The notes under the pieces are model-generated. The model saw nothing but the letters and a program-made list of their open reading frames with translations. It was not told where the DNA came from and did not search any database. A stretch of 33,243 bases of DNA from assembly GCA_007280145.1 (NCBI GenBank), contig QYPU01000022.1:1-33243 (forward strand). Reading direction: 5' to 3'. The translations under genes were made by a program, and so were the position numbers. Numbering within the stretch: the first letter of the stretch is position 1; each line of letters starts with the position of its first letter. This DNA comes from Dehalococcoidia bacterium (GTDB lineage Bacteria; Chloroflexota; Dehalococcoidia; GIF9; UBA5629). Below are positions 1 through 8,700 of the stretch, one piece after another.

Positions 1-489
1 GTAATAGGAGCCATGGTCATCATTTTGCTTGTTCCCAAATCAGCTCCTCTCATCGGCATGTTTATGTTTGGTAATCTATTGATGGCCAGCGGGGTTACTG
101 ATAGATTGGCTAAAACCGCCAGTGAATCCTTTATGGATATTCTTACTATCCTCCTTGGCGTATCCGTTGGGGCATCAATGCCAGCAGTACTGTTTCTCAG
201 GCCGCAGACCTTATTTATTTTCTTCCTGGGTGTGATAGCTTTTGCTATGTCTACTGCTGCCGGCACGCTGTTAGGCAAACTAATGAATGCTGTATCCAAG
301 GAGCCGATTAATCCGATGATAGGGGCTGCTGGCGTTTCGGCAGTGCCTATGTCCGCCCGCGTGGTCCAAAAACTGGGTCAGGAGGCGAACCCAAGAAACT
401 TTCTCCTGATGCATGCCATGGGGCCAAATATAGCTGGGGTTATCGGCACAGCTGTAGCTGCCGGTATATTTCTAGGCATGCTGGGATAA
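1..489 (+). CDS. Na+-translocating decarboxylase beta subunit (OadB/GcdB/MmdB family), C-terminal part; the 5' end lies outside the window
   Basis: The frame is open from base 1 (VIGAMVII...) and stops at 487-489. The protein is hydrophobic. The block [22 protein letters not shown]...[23 protein letters not shown] is typical of this beta-subunit family. Confidence 0.8.
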   Translation, partial: VIGAMVIILLVPKSAPLIGMFMFGNLLMASGVTDRLAKTASESFMDILTILLGVSVGASMPAVLFLRPQTLFIFFLGVIAFAMSTAAGTLLGKLMNAVSKEPINPMIGAAGVSAVPMSARVVQKLGQEANPRNFLLMHAMGPNIAGVIGTAVAAGIFLGMLG

Positions 490-626
490 TTAGGGTATGT
501 TTGGTGTGCTCCCCAAAGACAGGGGGCGAGCTGCTTGTCTATTACGTATGATTTGTGATACTACCGTCGGAATGTGTAGAGACAGAGATTAGCCATCAAC
601 CGGTGATGATTGACCCAGTTCAATGG

Positions 627-656
627 TTGGCATTCAGCTATAGAATGTGTTAAAAT
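627..656 (+). promoter_or_regulatory. Putative sigma70-type promoter for the CBS/antiporter pair
   Basis: TTGGCA (627-632), an 18-nt spacer, then TAAAAT (651-656). It lies about 30 nt upstream of the RBS CAGGAGGTGG and the ATG at 689. Confidence 0.4.
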
Positions 657-688
657 CTCAGACCGTGTGCTATTTTTGAATTCAGGAG

Positions 689-1135
689 GTGGTCATGGGG
701 AAACAGGTAAGAGAATTGATGAAAACCGTGTTCGACAAGGTCTACGAAGATGAGACAATATACGAAGCGGTAAAAAAAATAGCTGCCAGCGAAAAAACTA
801 CGATTGCCTGTGTTGTGGATAAAGAAGATAGGCTGAAAGGTCTGCTTACCCCGAGGGATATCCTTGAAGCGCTTGAGGTGCGTGACTTTGGATTTGTCAG
901 GGGACACTTCTTTGCTGGCCCTGAGGTTTTGCATCTTCTAACCTCAAAGTATGCCAAGGACATAATGAGCGCTCCAGTGAGCGTTCACGCTAATGATGGG
1001 GTGGAAGAGGCTATAAATGATATGTTAGACCATGGTTTTTATGAATTGCCTGTGGTGAGCGAAGGAATGAAGGTGATAGGGGCAATAAGCTATTTCGATA
1101 TAATTATTGATGTGCTGGAAGGGCACAAGGCCTGA
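689..1135 (+). CDS. CBS-domain pair protein
   Basis: 148 aa with a strong RBS (AGGAGGTGG). There are two CBS-like repeats (TVFDKVYEDETIYEA...IACVVDKEDRLKGLLTPRDIL and IMSAPVSVHANDGVEEA...FYELPVVSEGMKVIGAISYFDII). Its stop overlaps the next start (ATGA at 1133-1137). Confidence 0.8.
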   Translation: MVMGKQVRELMKTVFDKVYEDETIYEAVKKIAASEKTTIACVVDKEDRLKGLLTPRDILEALEVRDFGFVRGHFFAGPEVLHLLTSKYAKDIMSAPVSVHANDGVEEAINDMLDHGFYELPVVSEGMKVIGAISYFDIIIDVLEGHKA

Positions 1136-2421
1136 TGGAAATTGGCATATATTTTAAATTCATACTTAGTTTTGCCTTAATTCTGCTCGCGGCCAGGCTC
1201 GGTGGCGAGCTATTTGAGCGTTATTTAAAGCAACCACCAGTTTTAGGTGAACTGGTAGCTGGAATCGTTATCTCCCCCTTTGCCTTAGGGGGCCTTATTA
1301 ATGACCCGGTGATTCTGAATTTTGCTATGATTCCAGGTGCTTTCGGCCTCCATGAGTTTAGTGTGATGGAGGTTATTTCAGGGATAGCCGTTGTTGCCTT
1401 GCTTTTTGTTGCTGGTGTTGAAACTGACGTCAGGGCTTTCCTGAAGCAGGGAATAACTGGCACCTTAGTAGCTATAGGTGGTGTTATTCTGCCCTTTGCC
1501 CTTGGTTATTTTATTACTATGTGGTTGGCTCCTGGAGCGGGAATAGCTGGTTGGCTGTTCATAGGGGCTACGCTGACGGCTACTAGCATTGGCGTCACCG
1601 TAAGAATATTAATGGAGATGGGCAAACTCCAGACGCGGGCGGGGACAACCATACTGGTTGGAGCTGTAGTTGACGATATAATTGGCATTGTTATTTTATC
1701 AATTGTCATTGGTATAAGCTCTATAGCGAAAGTTGGTGGTGAGGTAAGTATAGCTCATATTAGTTTGGATGCCCTTAGAATCGCGGCGATTGGTTTTGCC
1801 GTATGGTTTGCTTTACTAATCGTTGGGGTCAAGTTCCACAAATATATATCGCGGTTTCTTCTTACCCCCTTTAAGAGATCGGGGACGATGCCCATTTTTG
1901 CTCTCATTGTTGGCTTTCTGATAGCTTATCTGGTTACGCTGGTTGACTTACATCCGGTGGTAGGTGCTTATGTGGCTGGGCTTATGTTTGCCGCCACTGC
2001 TGAACGGGAAGACATTTTAGATAAGACAAGGCCGATAATGCTCTTTTTAGCGCCCTTCTTTTTCTGCTACTTGGGCATGCAAGTTGATACACGATTGCTG
2101 TGGGCTGGGGCTGTACTAGCGGTTATTTTGATAGTAGCAGCTATAATTGGAAAGATGGTCGGTTGTTATATTCCAGCTCGCTTTGCTGGCAAAATGTCCC
2201 ATACGGAGGGAATGATAGTTGGCATAGGGATGGTTCCTAGAGGTGAAGTGGGGTTGATAATTGCGGGGGCAGGACTTTTGGCAGGAGCGATAACACGAGA
2301 CTTGTTTGGTGCTGCCGTTGCAGTTAGCGTAGTTACAACACTTGTGGCACCAGCAATGCTCAAGCCATTTTTCAAGAAACAGCTAGAGGCAGCAGAAGAG
2401 GCTGAAGCACCTGGTAAATGA
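1135..2421 (+). CDS. Cation:proton antiporter (Na+/H+ or K+/H+ exchanger, CPA2/Kef-like membrane domain)
   Basis: 428 aa and polytopic. The N-terminus (LLAARLGGELFERYLKQPPVLGELVAGIVISPFALG) and the later GATLTATSIGVTVRIL and GEVGLIIAG blocks are typical of the Na_H_Exchanger family. It is translationally coupled to the CBS gene. Confidence 0.85.
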   Translation: MEIGIYFKFILSFALILLAARLGGELFERYLKQPPVLGELVAGIVISPFALGGLINDPVILNFAMIPGAFGLHEFSVMEVISGIAVVALLFVAGVETDVRAFLKQGITGTLVAIGGVILPFALGYFITMWLAPGAGIAGWLFIGATLTATSIGVTVRILMEMGKLQTRAGTTILVGAVVDDIIGIVILSIVIGISSIAKVGGEVSIAHISLDALRIAAIGFAVWFALLIVGVKFHKYISRFLLTPFKRSGTMPIFALIVGFLIAYLVTLVDLHPVVGAYVAGLMFAATAEREDILDKTRPIMLFLAPFFFCYLGMQVDTRLLWAGAVLAVILIVAAIIGKMVGCYIPARFAGKMSHTEGMIVGIGMVPRGEVGLIIAGAGLLAGAITRDLFGAAVAVSVVTTLVAPAMLKPFFKKQLEAAEEAEAPGK

Positions 2422-2455
2422 GATGGATAGGTATATTGTTTCTTGGCTTGATGGC

Positions 2456-2484
2456 TTGTTAAACGTGGGTCAAATATATAGAAT
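2456..2484 (+). promoter_or_regulatory. Putative promoter placing the transcription start at about the tRNA-Arg 5' end
   Basis: TTGTTA (2456-2461), a 17-nt spacer, then TAGAAT (2479-2484). The tRNA begins at 2492. Confidence 0.35.
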
Positions 2485-2491
2485 AGATGAA

Positions 2492-2563
2492 GCCCCTGTA
2501 GCTCAGGGGATAGAGCACCGGCCTCCGGAGCCGGGCGCGAGGGTTCGAGTCCCTCCAGGGGCG
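2492..2563 (+). tRNA. tRNA-Arg (anticodon CCG)
   Basis: A cloverleaf was folded by hand: acceptor GCCCCTG/CAGGGGC, D arm GCTC-AGGGGATA-GAGC, anticodon arm CCGGC-CTCCGGA-GCCGG (anticodon CCG), T arm GAGGG-TTCGAGT-CCCTC, discriminator G. No CCA is encoded. Confidence 0.9.
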
Positions 2564-2582
2564 TTTAAGGAAATTCGGTAAG

Positions 2583-3470
2583 TTGATGGAAAAAGACGAA
2601 ACTATTGAGATTCGCTGGCATGGAAGAGGTGGACAGGGGGCAGTAACATCAGCTGAGTTGCTGGCACTGGCAGCTATAAACGAGGGAAAATTTGCTCAAG
2701 CTTTTCCCAGCTTTGGTCCAGAGAGAAGAGGTGCCCCAGTCCTGGCTTTCAATCGCATAAGTAATGTCGGTCATATTCGGGTTAGAGCTGCGGTAACAAA
2801 TCCTGATGTTGTAGTGGTTTTAGACCCCGGTTTAATTTATATCACTGATGTCACATCAGGGCTTAAGCAAGATGGCATAGTGGTGGTAAATACCCCTAAG
2901 TCATTAGCTGACATAAAGTCAGAGCTAAGCGGTCCGTGGAAACTGGCGGTGGTTAATGCAACTGTCATTGCCCGCGAGGCGCTTGGAATCCCCATTGTTA
3001 ATACTGCTATGCTCGGGGCGCTGCTAAAGGCTACAGAGATACTTGGATTAGAATCTCTGGTGGAACCGATAAAAGAGCGCTTTGGACCCAGAGCTAAGAA
3101 TAATATTGATGCTTGCCATAGAGCATATGAGGAAACTCTGATGGCTGAGCTGAGTGTTGTTGGGCAAGGACCACGTAAGGCATTCGAAACAGAAAGATTG
3201 CTTTCATGGCAAGAGTTGCTCCCTGGCTGCGTTGTTATCGAGGCAGGGAATGCCAAGCAATATCGTACTGGTGACTGGAAGTCGCAGCATCCAGTCTGGG
3301 ACCAGCAAAGGTGTATCAAATGTGGGATTTGTTCTCTCTTTTGTCCTGAGGGCTGCATCGGGCAAAATAAGGAAGGCGATTTCGAAGCCAACATGTATTA
3401 TTGCAAGGGGTGTGGCATTTGTGCCCGTGAGTGCTGGACAGAAGCGATAACAATGGTCGAGGAAACATAG
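2583..3470 (+). CDS. porG: Pyruvate (2-oxoacid):ferredoxin oxidoreductase, fused gamma and delta (2x[4Fe-4S]) subunits
   Basis: The N-terminus (IRWHGRGGQGAVTSAELLALAA) is typical of POR gamma. The C-terminus has two ferredoxin motifs (CIKCGICSLFCPEGC and CKGCGICARECWTEA). The start is either TTG 2583 or ATG 2586. Confidence 0.9.
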   Translation: MMEKDETIEIRWHGRGGQGAVTSAELLALAAINEGKFAQAFPSFGPERRGAPVLAFNRISNVGHIRVRAAVTNPDVVVVLDPGLIYITDVTSGLKQDGIVVVNTPKSLADIKSELSGPWKLAVVNATVIAREALGIPIVNTAMLGALLKATEILGLESLVEPIKERFGPRAKNNIDACHRAYEETLMAELSVVGQGPRKAFETERLLSWQELLPGCVVIEAGNAKQYRTGDWKSQHPVWDQQRCIKCGICSLFCPEGCIGQNKEGDFEANMYYCKGCGICARECWTEAITMVEET

Positions 3471-3472
3471 CA

Positions 3473-4651
3473 ATGGCAACAAAACGAATAGGGATGGAGG
3501 GTTCTTTTGCTATAGCTGAGGCTGTTAAACTAGCCAATGCTGATGTTGTAGCTGCCTATCCTATTACTCCGCAAACACACATAGTCGAACGTCTAGCTGA
3601 ATTGGTAGCTAACGGTGAATTAAATGCTGAATATATACCGGTAGAATCGGAGCATTCAGCAATGAGTGCTTGTCTTGGCTCTTCTGCTGTTGGTGCCAGA
3701 ACCTTCACTGCCACAGCTGGGCAAGGCCTTGAACTGATGCATGAGGTGCTGTATGTTGCTTCGTCATTACGGCTGCCAATAGTTATGACAGTGGCTAACC
3801 GAGCACTCTCGGGACCCTTGAGTGTCTGGGGTGACCATTCTGATGTTATGGCAACTCGGGATTGTGGTTGGATTCAAATATTTGCTGAAAATGTTCAGCA
3901 GGTCTTTGATTTGGTTCTATGTGCTTTTCATATCGCTGAGGACCCATCGGTTCTCTTCCCGACAATGGTTCATGTTGATGGCTTTCACCTTTCCCATGTT
4001 ATAGAGTCTCTGTATCTACTTGAGCAGGAGGAGGTGGATAAATTTCTACCCAAATATCACCATCCCTATGCTCTGAATCCAGATAAGCCGGTAACTATAG
4101 GTGCTTTCGGCCCACCTAATATCTATACTGAAACTAAGAAGCCACAGGATATAGCCTTGAGGGCTTCCAAGAAGGTAATTCTGCAAGTTTGGCGAAAGTT
4201 TAGCGAACTCACCGGACGTTACTATTCTCCTGTGGAAAGCTATAAGGCAAAGGATGCTGATGTATTACTATTGGTTATGGGCAGCTTTAGCGAGACTGCC
4301 ATGATGGCTATAGATAAAATGCGAGAAGAGGGGCAAAAAGTAGGATTGATAAGGCTGCGTTTATGGCGGCCTTTTCCCTTTGATGAATTTCGTCAGGCAG
4401 TAGCCCAAGCCCAGTTGCTTATTGTTCTTGACCGTGCCCTATCTTTTGGTGGCCCTACTGGGCCAGTTTGTTCTGAAATTCAGGCAGCTCTTTATCCGCT
4501 GGAGACGAGGCCGAAGATTATTAGCTTTGTCGGTGGTCTTGGCGGCAGAGATATTTCTGTCCCAACGTTTGAAGATATAATTCGCCGTGGGATGGCTAAA
4601 GCGAAACAAGGGCGTCTTGATGAACTAGAAATGATTGAGGTGAGAGAATAG
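3473..4651 (+). CDS. porA: Pyruvate:ferredoxin oxidoreductase alpha subunit
   Basis: MATKRIGMEGSFAIAEAVKLANADVVAAYPITPQTHIVE... is a typical PorA N-terminus. ATG 3473 follows the RBS GAGGAAA and lies 2 nt after the porGD stop. I prefer it to the tracked GTG 3431, which would overlap porGD by 40 nt. Confidence 0.9.
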   Translation: MATKRIGMEGSFAIAEAVKLANADVVAAYPITPQTHIVERLAELVANGELNAEYIPVESEHSAMSACLGSSAVGARTFTATAGQGLELMHEVLYVASSLRLPIVMTVANRALSGPLSVWGDHSDVMATRDCGWIQIFAENVQQVFDLVLCAFHIAEDPSVLFPTMVHVDGFHLSHVIESLYLLEQEEVDKFLPKYHHPYALNPDKPVTIGAFGPPNIYTETKKPQDIALRASKKVILQVWRKFSELTGRYYSPVESYKAKDADVLLLVMGSFSETAMMAIDKMREEGQKVGLIRLRLWRPFPFDEFRQAVAQAQLLIVLDRALSFGGPTGPVCSEIQAALYPLETRPKIISFVGGLGGRDISVPTFEDIIRRGMAKAKQGRLDELEMIEVRE

Positions 4652-5577
4652 TGGAAAGCTTGGCTATATATGCCCCACGCCTGGTAACTACCAAGGAGTA
4701 CCTTGCTTCAGGGCATCGTGCCTGTTCAGGATGTGGTGAAGTCTTAGCTGTAAGGCTTACATGCAAGGCTTTAGGCAGAAATGTAATCATTGTAAATGCC
4801 ACTGGCTGCATGGAAATTGTTTCCTCCCAACTCCCCTATACTTCCTGGGAAGTACCTTGGATTCATACTCTGTTTGAGAATACTGCCGCTGTAGCTTCAG
4901 GGATAGAAGCCGGGATAAAAGTTCTGAGCCGTAAGGGGGGATATTCTCAAAAAACCAAGGTAGTAGCTATGGCTGGTGACGGGGGCACTATGGATATTGG
5001 TCTCCAGGCTCTATCAGGTGCCTTGGAGAGAGGGCATAACTTTATCTATATTTGTTACGACAACGAAGCCTATATGAACACCGGTATCCAGCGTTCGAGC
5101 GCTACACCTTTTGGTGCTTCTACCACCACATCACCTGCAGGCAAAATAAGCATTGGGCAAACCTCATGGAAGAAAAATATGCCAGCTATTGCTGCTGCTC
5201 ATGATATCCCTTATGTAGCTACTGCTTGCACTAGTTATCCCTTTGACCTGATGAACAAAGTCAAGAAAGCTATGAAAGTTGAAGGGCCGGCTTACATCCA
5301 CGTATTATCTGTTTGCCCCACCGGCTGGCGACTACCTTCTGATTTGACTATCAAGGCAGGACGGTTAGCCGTAGAAACGGGCGTTTTCCCTCTATATGAG
5401 ATAGAAGCAGGTAAGTATACTTTAAATTTTGATTTTCCCCAGCTTCGTCCGGTTGAGGATTACCTGAAGCTGCAAGGGAGATTCCGACATCTCTCCAAAG
5501 AAGTAGTAGCTCAAATTCAGGAGAGAGTAAAGGCTGAATATGCCAAGCTTAAGAGGAAGGTTATCCAGGGTTCGTGA
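4651..5577 (+). CDS. porB: Pyruvate:ferredoxin oxidoreductase beta subunit (TPP-binding)
   Basis: It carries the CSGCGE... FeS/TPP region and the TPP motif GDGGTMDIGLQALSGALERGHNFIYICYDNEAYMNTG. The GTG start overlaps the porA stop. Confidence 0.9.
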   Translation: MESLAIYAPRLVTTKEYLASGHRACSGCGEVLAVRLTCKALGRNVIIVNATGCMEIVSSQLPYTSWEVPWIHTLFENTAAVASGIEAGIKVLSRKGGYSQKTKVVAMAGDGGTMDIGLQALSGALERGHNFIYICYDNEAYMNTGIQRSSATPFGASTTTSPAGKISIGQTSWKKNMPAIAAAHDIPYVATACTSYPFDLMNKVKKAMKVEGPAYIHVLSVCPTGWRLPSDLTIKAGRLAVETGVFPLYEIEAGKYTLNFDFPQLRPVEDYLKLQGRFRHLSKEVVAQIQERVKAEYAKLKRKVIQGS

Positions 5578-6029
5578 TGATGGATGAAAAGGTTATTGCC
5601 GTCATCAACAAATACAATGGAGACAAAGGCCAGCTAATTTCCATACTTCAGGATATCCAGGCTGAATACTATTATCTTCCCAAGGAGGCTTTGGTCCAGG
5701 CAAGCGAAGCTATGGACATTCCCTTAAGCCACGTATATAGTCTGGTCACCTTTTTTAAAGCTTTTAGCCTTGAACCTAGGGGCAAGCATTTAGTTAGTGT
5801 TTGCCTGGGCACTGCTTGCCATGTCAGAGGTGTGGCTAGGGTGCTGGATAAAATTGAACGAAGTTTAGACATCGGGCGAGGTGAAACCACCAAAGACCAT
5901 AAATTCACACTGGAGACGGTCAACTGTATGGGCTGCTGTGCCGTCGGGCCAGCCGTAAAAATTGATGGGGAGTACTTCGGCCAAATGAGTACTGATAAGG
6001 TCGATCCTTTGTTGGCGAAGTTCGAGTAG
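5574..6029 (+). CDS. NuoE/HydC/HndA-like thioredoxin-fold [2Fe-2S] subunit
   Basis: 151 aa. The cysteine pattern VCLGTACHVRG...VNCMGCCAVGPAV is the NuoE-type 2Fe-2S signature. The start (GTG 5574, ATG 5577 or ATG 5580) overlaps the porB TGA. Confidence 0.85.
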   Translation: MMMDEKVIAVINKYNGDKGQLISILQDIQAEYYYLPKEALVQASEAMDIPLSHVYSLVTFFKAFSLEPRGKHLVSVCLGTACHVRGVARVLDKIERSLDIGRGETTKDHKFTLETVNCMGCCAVGPAVKIDGEYFGQMSTDKVDPLLAKFE

Positions 6030-6044
6030 TTAAATAGAGGTAAG

Positions 6045-7910
6045 ATGCTGAATAGACTCTGCTCAAGAAAAGAGTTGGAAGTTCTGCAAAAGGGACTAGT
6101 AAGTAGGATGCAGTCGGAAAAGCTGCGAATTGCTGTATGCAACGGAACAGCTTGTCATCCCTATGGTTGTGTGAAAATCATTGAAGCCTTCAAAACAGAA
6201 CTGGCGAAACAAGGACTGGAAAATAAAGTAGATTTAAAAATCACAGGCTGCCATGGTCTTTGTGAAAGGGGTCCCATTGCGGTTATACGACCAGGTGATA
6301 TTTTTTACCAGCAATTAAAAGTAGAGGATGTGCCTGAGATAATAAGCAAGACAATTGTCAATGGTAATATTATTGATAGATTACTTTATGCCGACCCTGC
6401 TACCGGGAAAAAGCTTGTGTACCAACGAGAGATACCTTTTTACCGAAAGCAGCAAAGACTTATTTTCGGTAGTAATTGTGAAATTGACCCAACCAGTGCC
6501 GAAGATTATATCGCTATAGGCGGTTATACTGCTCTAGCTAAAGCCCTTTTCGAAATGACTCCAGAACAGATAATTGATGAAATTAAGCATTCTGGATTAA
6601 GGGGACGTGGTGGTGGTGGCTTTCCTACTGGAATAAAGTGGGAATCTTGCCGTAATGCTCCAGGAGATATTAGATATGTTATTGTAAATGCTGATGAAGG
6701 TGACCCCGGAGCTTATGCTAATGAAGGTCTACTTACAGGGAATCCACACAGCGTACTTGAAGGGTTAATTATTGGTGCCTATGCTATTGGTGCTCGAGAA
6801 GGCTACGTTTATGTTCGTAATGAATATCCTCTGGCACTAGCCAACATAACGACAGCCATCGAGCAAGCAGAGCAGCTAGGGTTTCTAGGTAACAATATTT
6901 TGGGTTCAGGTTTTGACTTTGATGTCCGTATAACTAGAGGTGGGGGTGCCTTTGTCTGTGGTGAATCCACAGCGCTGATGGCATCTCTAGAAGGTAAAGT
7001 AGGGGAGCCGAGGGCTAAATATGTTCACACGGTGGAGAAGGGGTTGTGGGATAGGCCCAGCGACCTGAATAACGTGGAGACGTGGGCGAATGTGCCGCTA
7101 ATAATCAATAAAGGCGCCGACTGGTACCAGACTATAGGTAGCGAGGGTAATGAAGGGACAAAAATATTTTCTCTAACTGGTAAAGTCAACAATACCGGCT
7201 TGGTAGAAGTACCCATGGGGATAACTCTCCGGGAAATCATTTATGACATTGGTGGTGGGATAAAGGGAGGTAAAAAGTTCAAAGCTGTGCAAACTGGAGG
7301 ACCATCGGGTGGATGCTTGCCTGAAAGCTTGCTTGATTTGCCAGTAGATTTCGATGAGCTAACAAAAGCTGGCTCGATGATGGGCTCTGGCGGCATGATT
7401 GTTATGGATGAAGGTAATTGTATGGTAGATGTGGCTAAGTATTTTCTTACCTTCCTTGAAGAGGAATCTTGTGGCAAGTGCGTGCCATGCCGTGAGGGAA
7501 TCAAGAGAATGCGTCAAATCTTGAATGATATTACTGAAGGCAAGGGCGAAGAAAAAGACATTGACCTTTTGGAGCAGATATCAGCCACTTTAATAGACAG
7601 TTCTCTTTGTGCCTTAGGCACCTCAGCACCAAATCCTGTGTTAACTACTATTCGCTATTTCAGGGATGAATACGAAGCTCATATTAAAGAGAAAAGGTGT
7701 CCTGCCGGTGTCTGTAAGGCGTTAATTCGTTATTACATAATAGAGGAAAAATGCCCGGGCTGTGGTCTTTGTGTTAAAGCTTGCCCCGAGGGAGCTATAA
7801 CCTCTATGGGTAAGGGTAAGAAGAAGCCGGTAGTTCTTGATGAATCAAAATGTATCAAATGTGGTGCTTGCTACGATGTGTGTAGATTAGGGGCTATAGG
7901 CATAGAATAA
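6045..7910 (+). CDS. NuoF/HydB/HndC-like NAD(P)H-binding FMN flavoprotein with extra FeS domains
   Basis: 621 aa. There is an N-terminal extra 2Fe-2S thioredoxin-like domain (CNGTACH...[10 protein letters not shown]). The FMN/NADH site is [13 protein letters not shown] and the N3 cluster is [12 protein letters not shown]. The C-terminus has 2x[4Fe-4S] ([14 protein letters not shown] and [11 protein letters not shown]). Confidence 0.9.
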   Translation: MLNRLCSRKELEVLQKGLVSRMQSEKLRIAVCNGTACHPYGCVKIIEAFKTELAKQGLENKVDLKITGCHGLCERGPIAVIRPGDIFYQQLKVEDVPEIISKTIVNGNIIDRLLYADPATGKKLVYQREIPFYRKQQRLIFGSNCEIDPTSAEDYIAIGGYTALAKALFEMTPEQIIDEIKHSGLRGRGGGGFPTGIKWESCRNAPGDIRYVIVNADEGDPGAYANEGLLTGNPHSVLEGLIIGAYAIGAREGYVYVRNEYPLALANITTAIEQAEQLGFLGNNILGSGFDFDVRITRGGGAFVCGESTALMASLEGKVGEPRAKYVHTVEKGLWDRPSDLNNVETWANVPLIINKGADWYQTIGSEGNEGTKIFSLTGKVNNTGLVEVPMGITLREIIYDIGGGIKGGKKFKAVQTGGPSGGCLPESLLDLPVDFDELTKAGSMMGSGGMIVMDEGNCMVDVAKYFLTFLEEESCGKCVPCREGIKRMRQILNDITEGKGEEKDIDLLEQISATLIDSSLCALGTSAPNPVLTTIRYFRDEYEAHIKEKRCPAGVCKALIRYYIIEEKCPGCGLCVKACPEGAITSMGKGKKKPVVLDESKCIKCGACYDVCRLGAIGIE

Positions 7911-7911
7911 G

Positions 7912-8631
7912 ATGATAACCTTAAGCATTGATGGCCGTGAGTTGAAAGCCGAAAAAGGGCAAACAATTCTCCAGGTAGCTAGCGAAAACGGCATTGATAT
8001 ACCCACTCTCTGCTACCATGAGGCTTTGGAGCCCTATGGTGCCTGTCGGCTATGTGTCGTAGAGATTTTCAAGGGAGGGCGGTCCAGGGTAGTAGCCTCC
8101 TGTCTTTATCCGGTGGAAGAAGGGTTAGAAGTAAAGACCAGTTCACCTCGGGTATTAGATAACCGCAAGATGATATTGGAGCTGCTTTTAGCCCGATGTT
8201 GTAAAAATAAGGTAATACAGGAATTAGCCGCACAGATGGGCATTGAGCAGCCCTCGTTCAAGCCAGAATACCTGGAAGACAACGATTGTATTCTCTGTGG
8301 TTTGTGCGTTAGAGCTTGTGAGCAAGTTGTTGGGGTGAGTGCTATTAGCCTAGTTAATCGTGGGATAACCAAAGAGGTTGCGCCTCCTTTCTTTGAGGCA
8401 GCTACAGCTTGTATCGGTTGCGGCTCCTGCTATTATGTTTGTCCTACTGGTGCCATAAAGATGGAAGATAAGGGAGATACCAGGATAATACATAACTGGA
8501 AGGTCGAGTTTAAACTCAAGAAGTGTAAAGTATGCGGTAATTACTGGGCACCAGAAAAGCAGCTAGATTATATCAGGGATAAATTGCATCTACCTGAAGA
8601 ATTCTTTGATGTCTGCCCCGATTGCAAGTAA
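7912..8631 (+). CDS. Small 2Fe-2S plus 2x[4Fe-4S] protein resembling only the N-terminal FeS part of NuoG/HydA/FdhA
   Basis: 239 aa. It has a plant-type 2Fe-2S N-terminus (ITLSIDGRELKAEKGQTILQVA...CYHEALEPYGACRLCVVE) followed by CILCGLCVRACE and CIGCGSCYYVCPTGA. The C-terminus has CKVCG...CPDCK. There is no H-cluster or molybdopterin domain. The ATG lies 1 nt after the previous stop. Confidence 0.8.
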   Translation: MITLSIDGRELKAEKGQTILQVASENGIDIPTLCYHEALEPYGACRLCVVEIFKGGRSRVVASCLYPVEEGLEVKTSSPRVLDNRKMILELLLARCCKNKVIQELAAQMGIEQPSFKPEYLEDNDCILCGLCVRACEQVVGVSAISLVNRGITKEVAPPFFEAATACIGCGSCYYVCPTGAIKMEDKGDTRIIHNWKVEFKLKKCKVCGNYWAPEKQLDYIRDKLHLPEEFFDVCPDCK

Positions 8632-8662
8632 TCGCACCACCTTGAAGCCTTCTGCTAATTCC

Positions 8663-8692
8663 TTGACTCTGTCAAACTGGTTAACCTATACT
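8663..8692 (+). promoter_or_regulatory. Putative promoter of tRNA-Pro
   Basis: TTGACT (8663-8668), an 18-nt spacer, then TATACT (8687-8692). The tRNA begins at 8701. Confidence 0.45.
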
Positions 8693-8700
8693 TTCTGCTA

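Noticed and set aside
513-535. Imperfect GC-rich hairpin (GCTCCCC-AAAGACA-GGGGGCGAGC) after the decarboxylase beta-subunit gene, considered as a terminator
   Set aside because: The stem has a bulge and is not followed by a T-tract. It is too weak to call.
2837-3394. 185-aa minus-strand ORF, plus the other ORFs at 3154-3537 in alternative frames of porGD/porA
   Set aside because: All of them overlap the strongly supported por genes. They are Ser/Pro/Cys-rich translations with no family resemblance.
3431-3472. Tracked upstream starts for porA (GTG 3431), iorB (ATG 11125) and dctM (ATG 17202)
   Set aside because: Each would overlap the preceding gene by 40-100 nt. In each case an internal start lies right after the upstream stop with an RBS or an ATGA overlap, and it gives a family-typical N-terminus.
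5672-6142. 156-aa minus-strand ORF spanning the NuoE-like/NuoF-like junction
   Set aside because: It lies entirely antisense to two well-supported genes, it has no recognisable motifs or RBS, and its composition is typical of antisense reading of a coding region.
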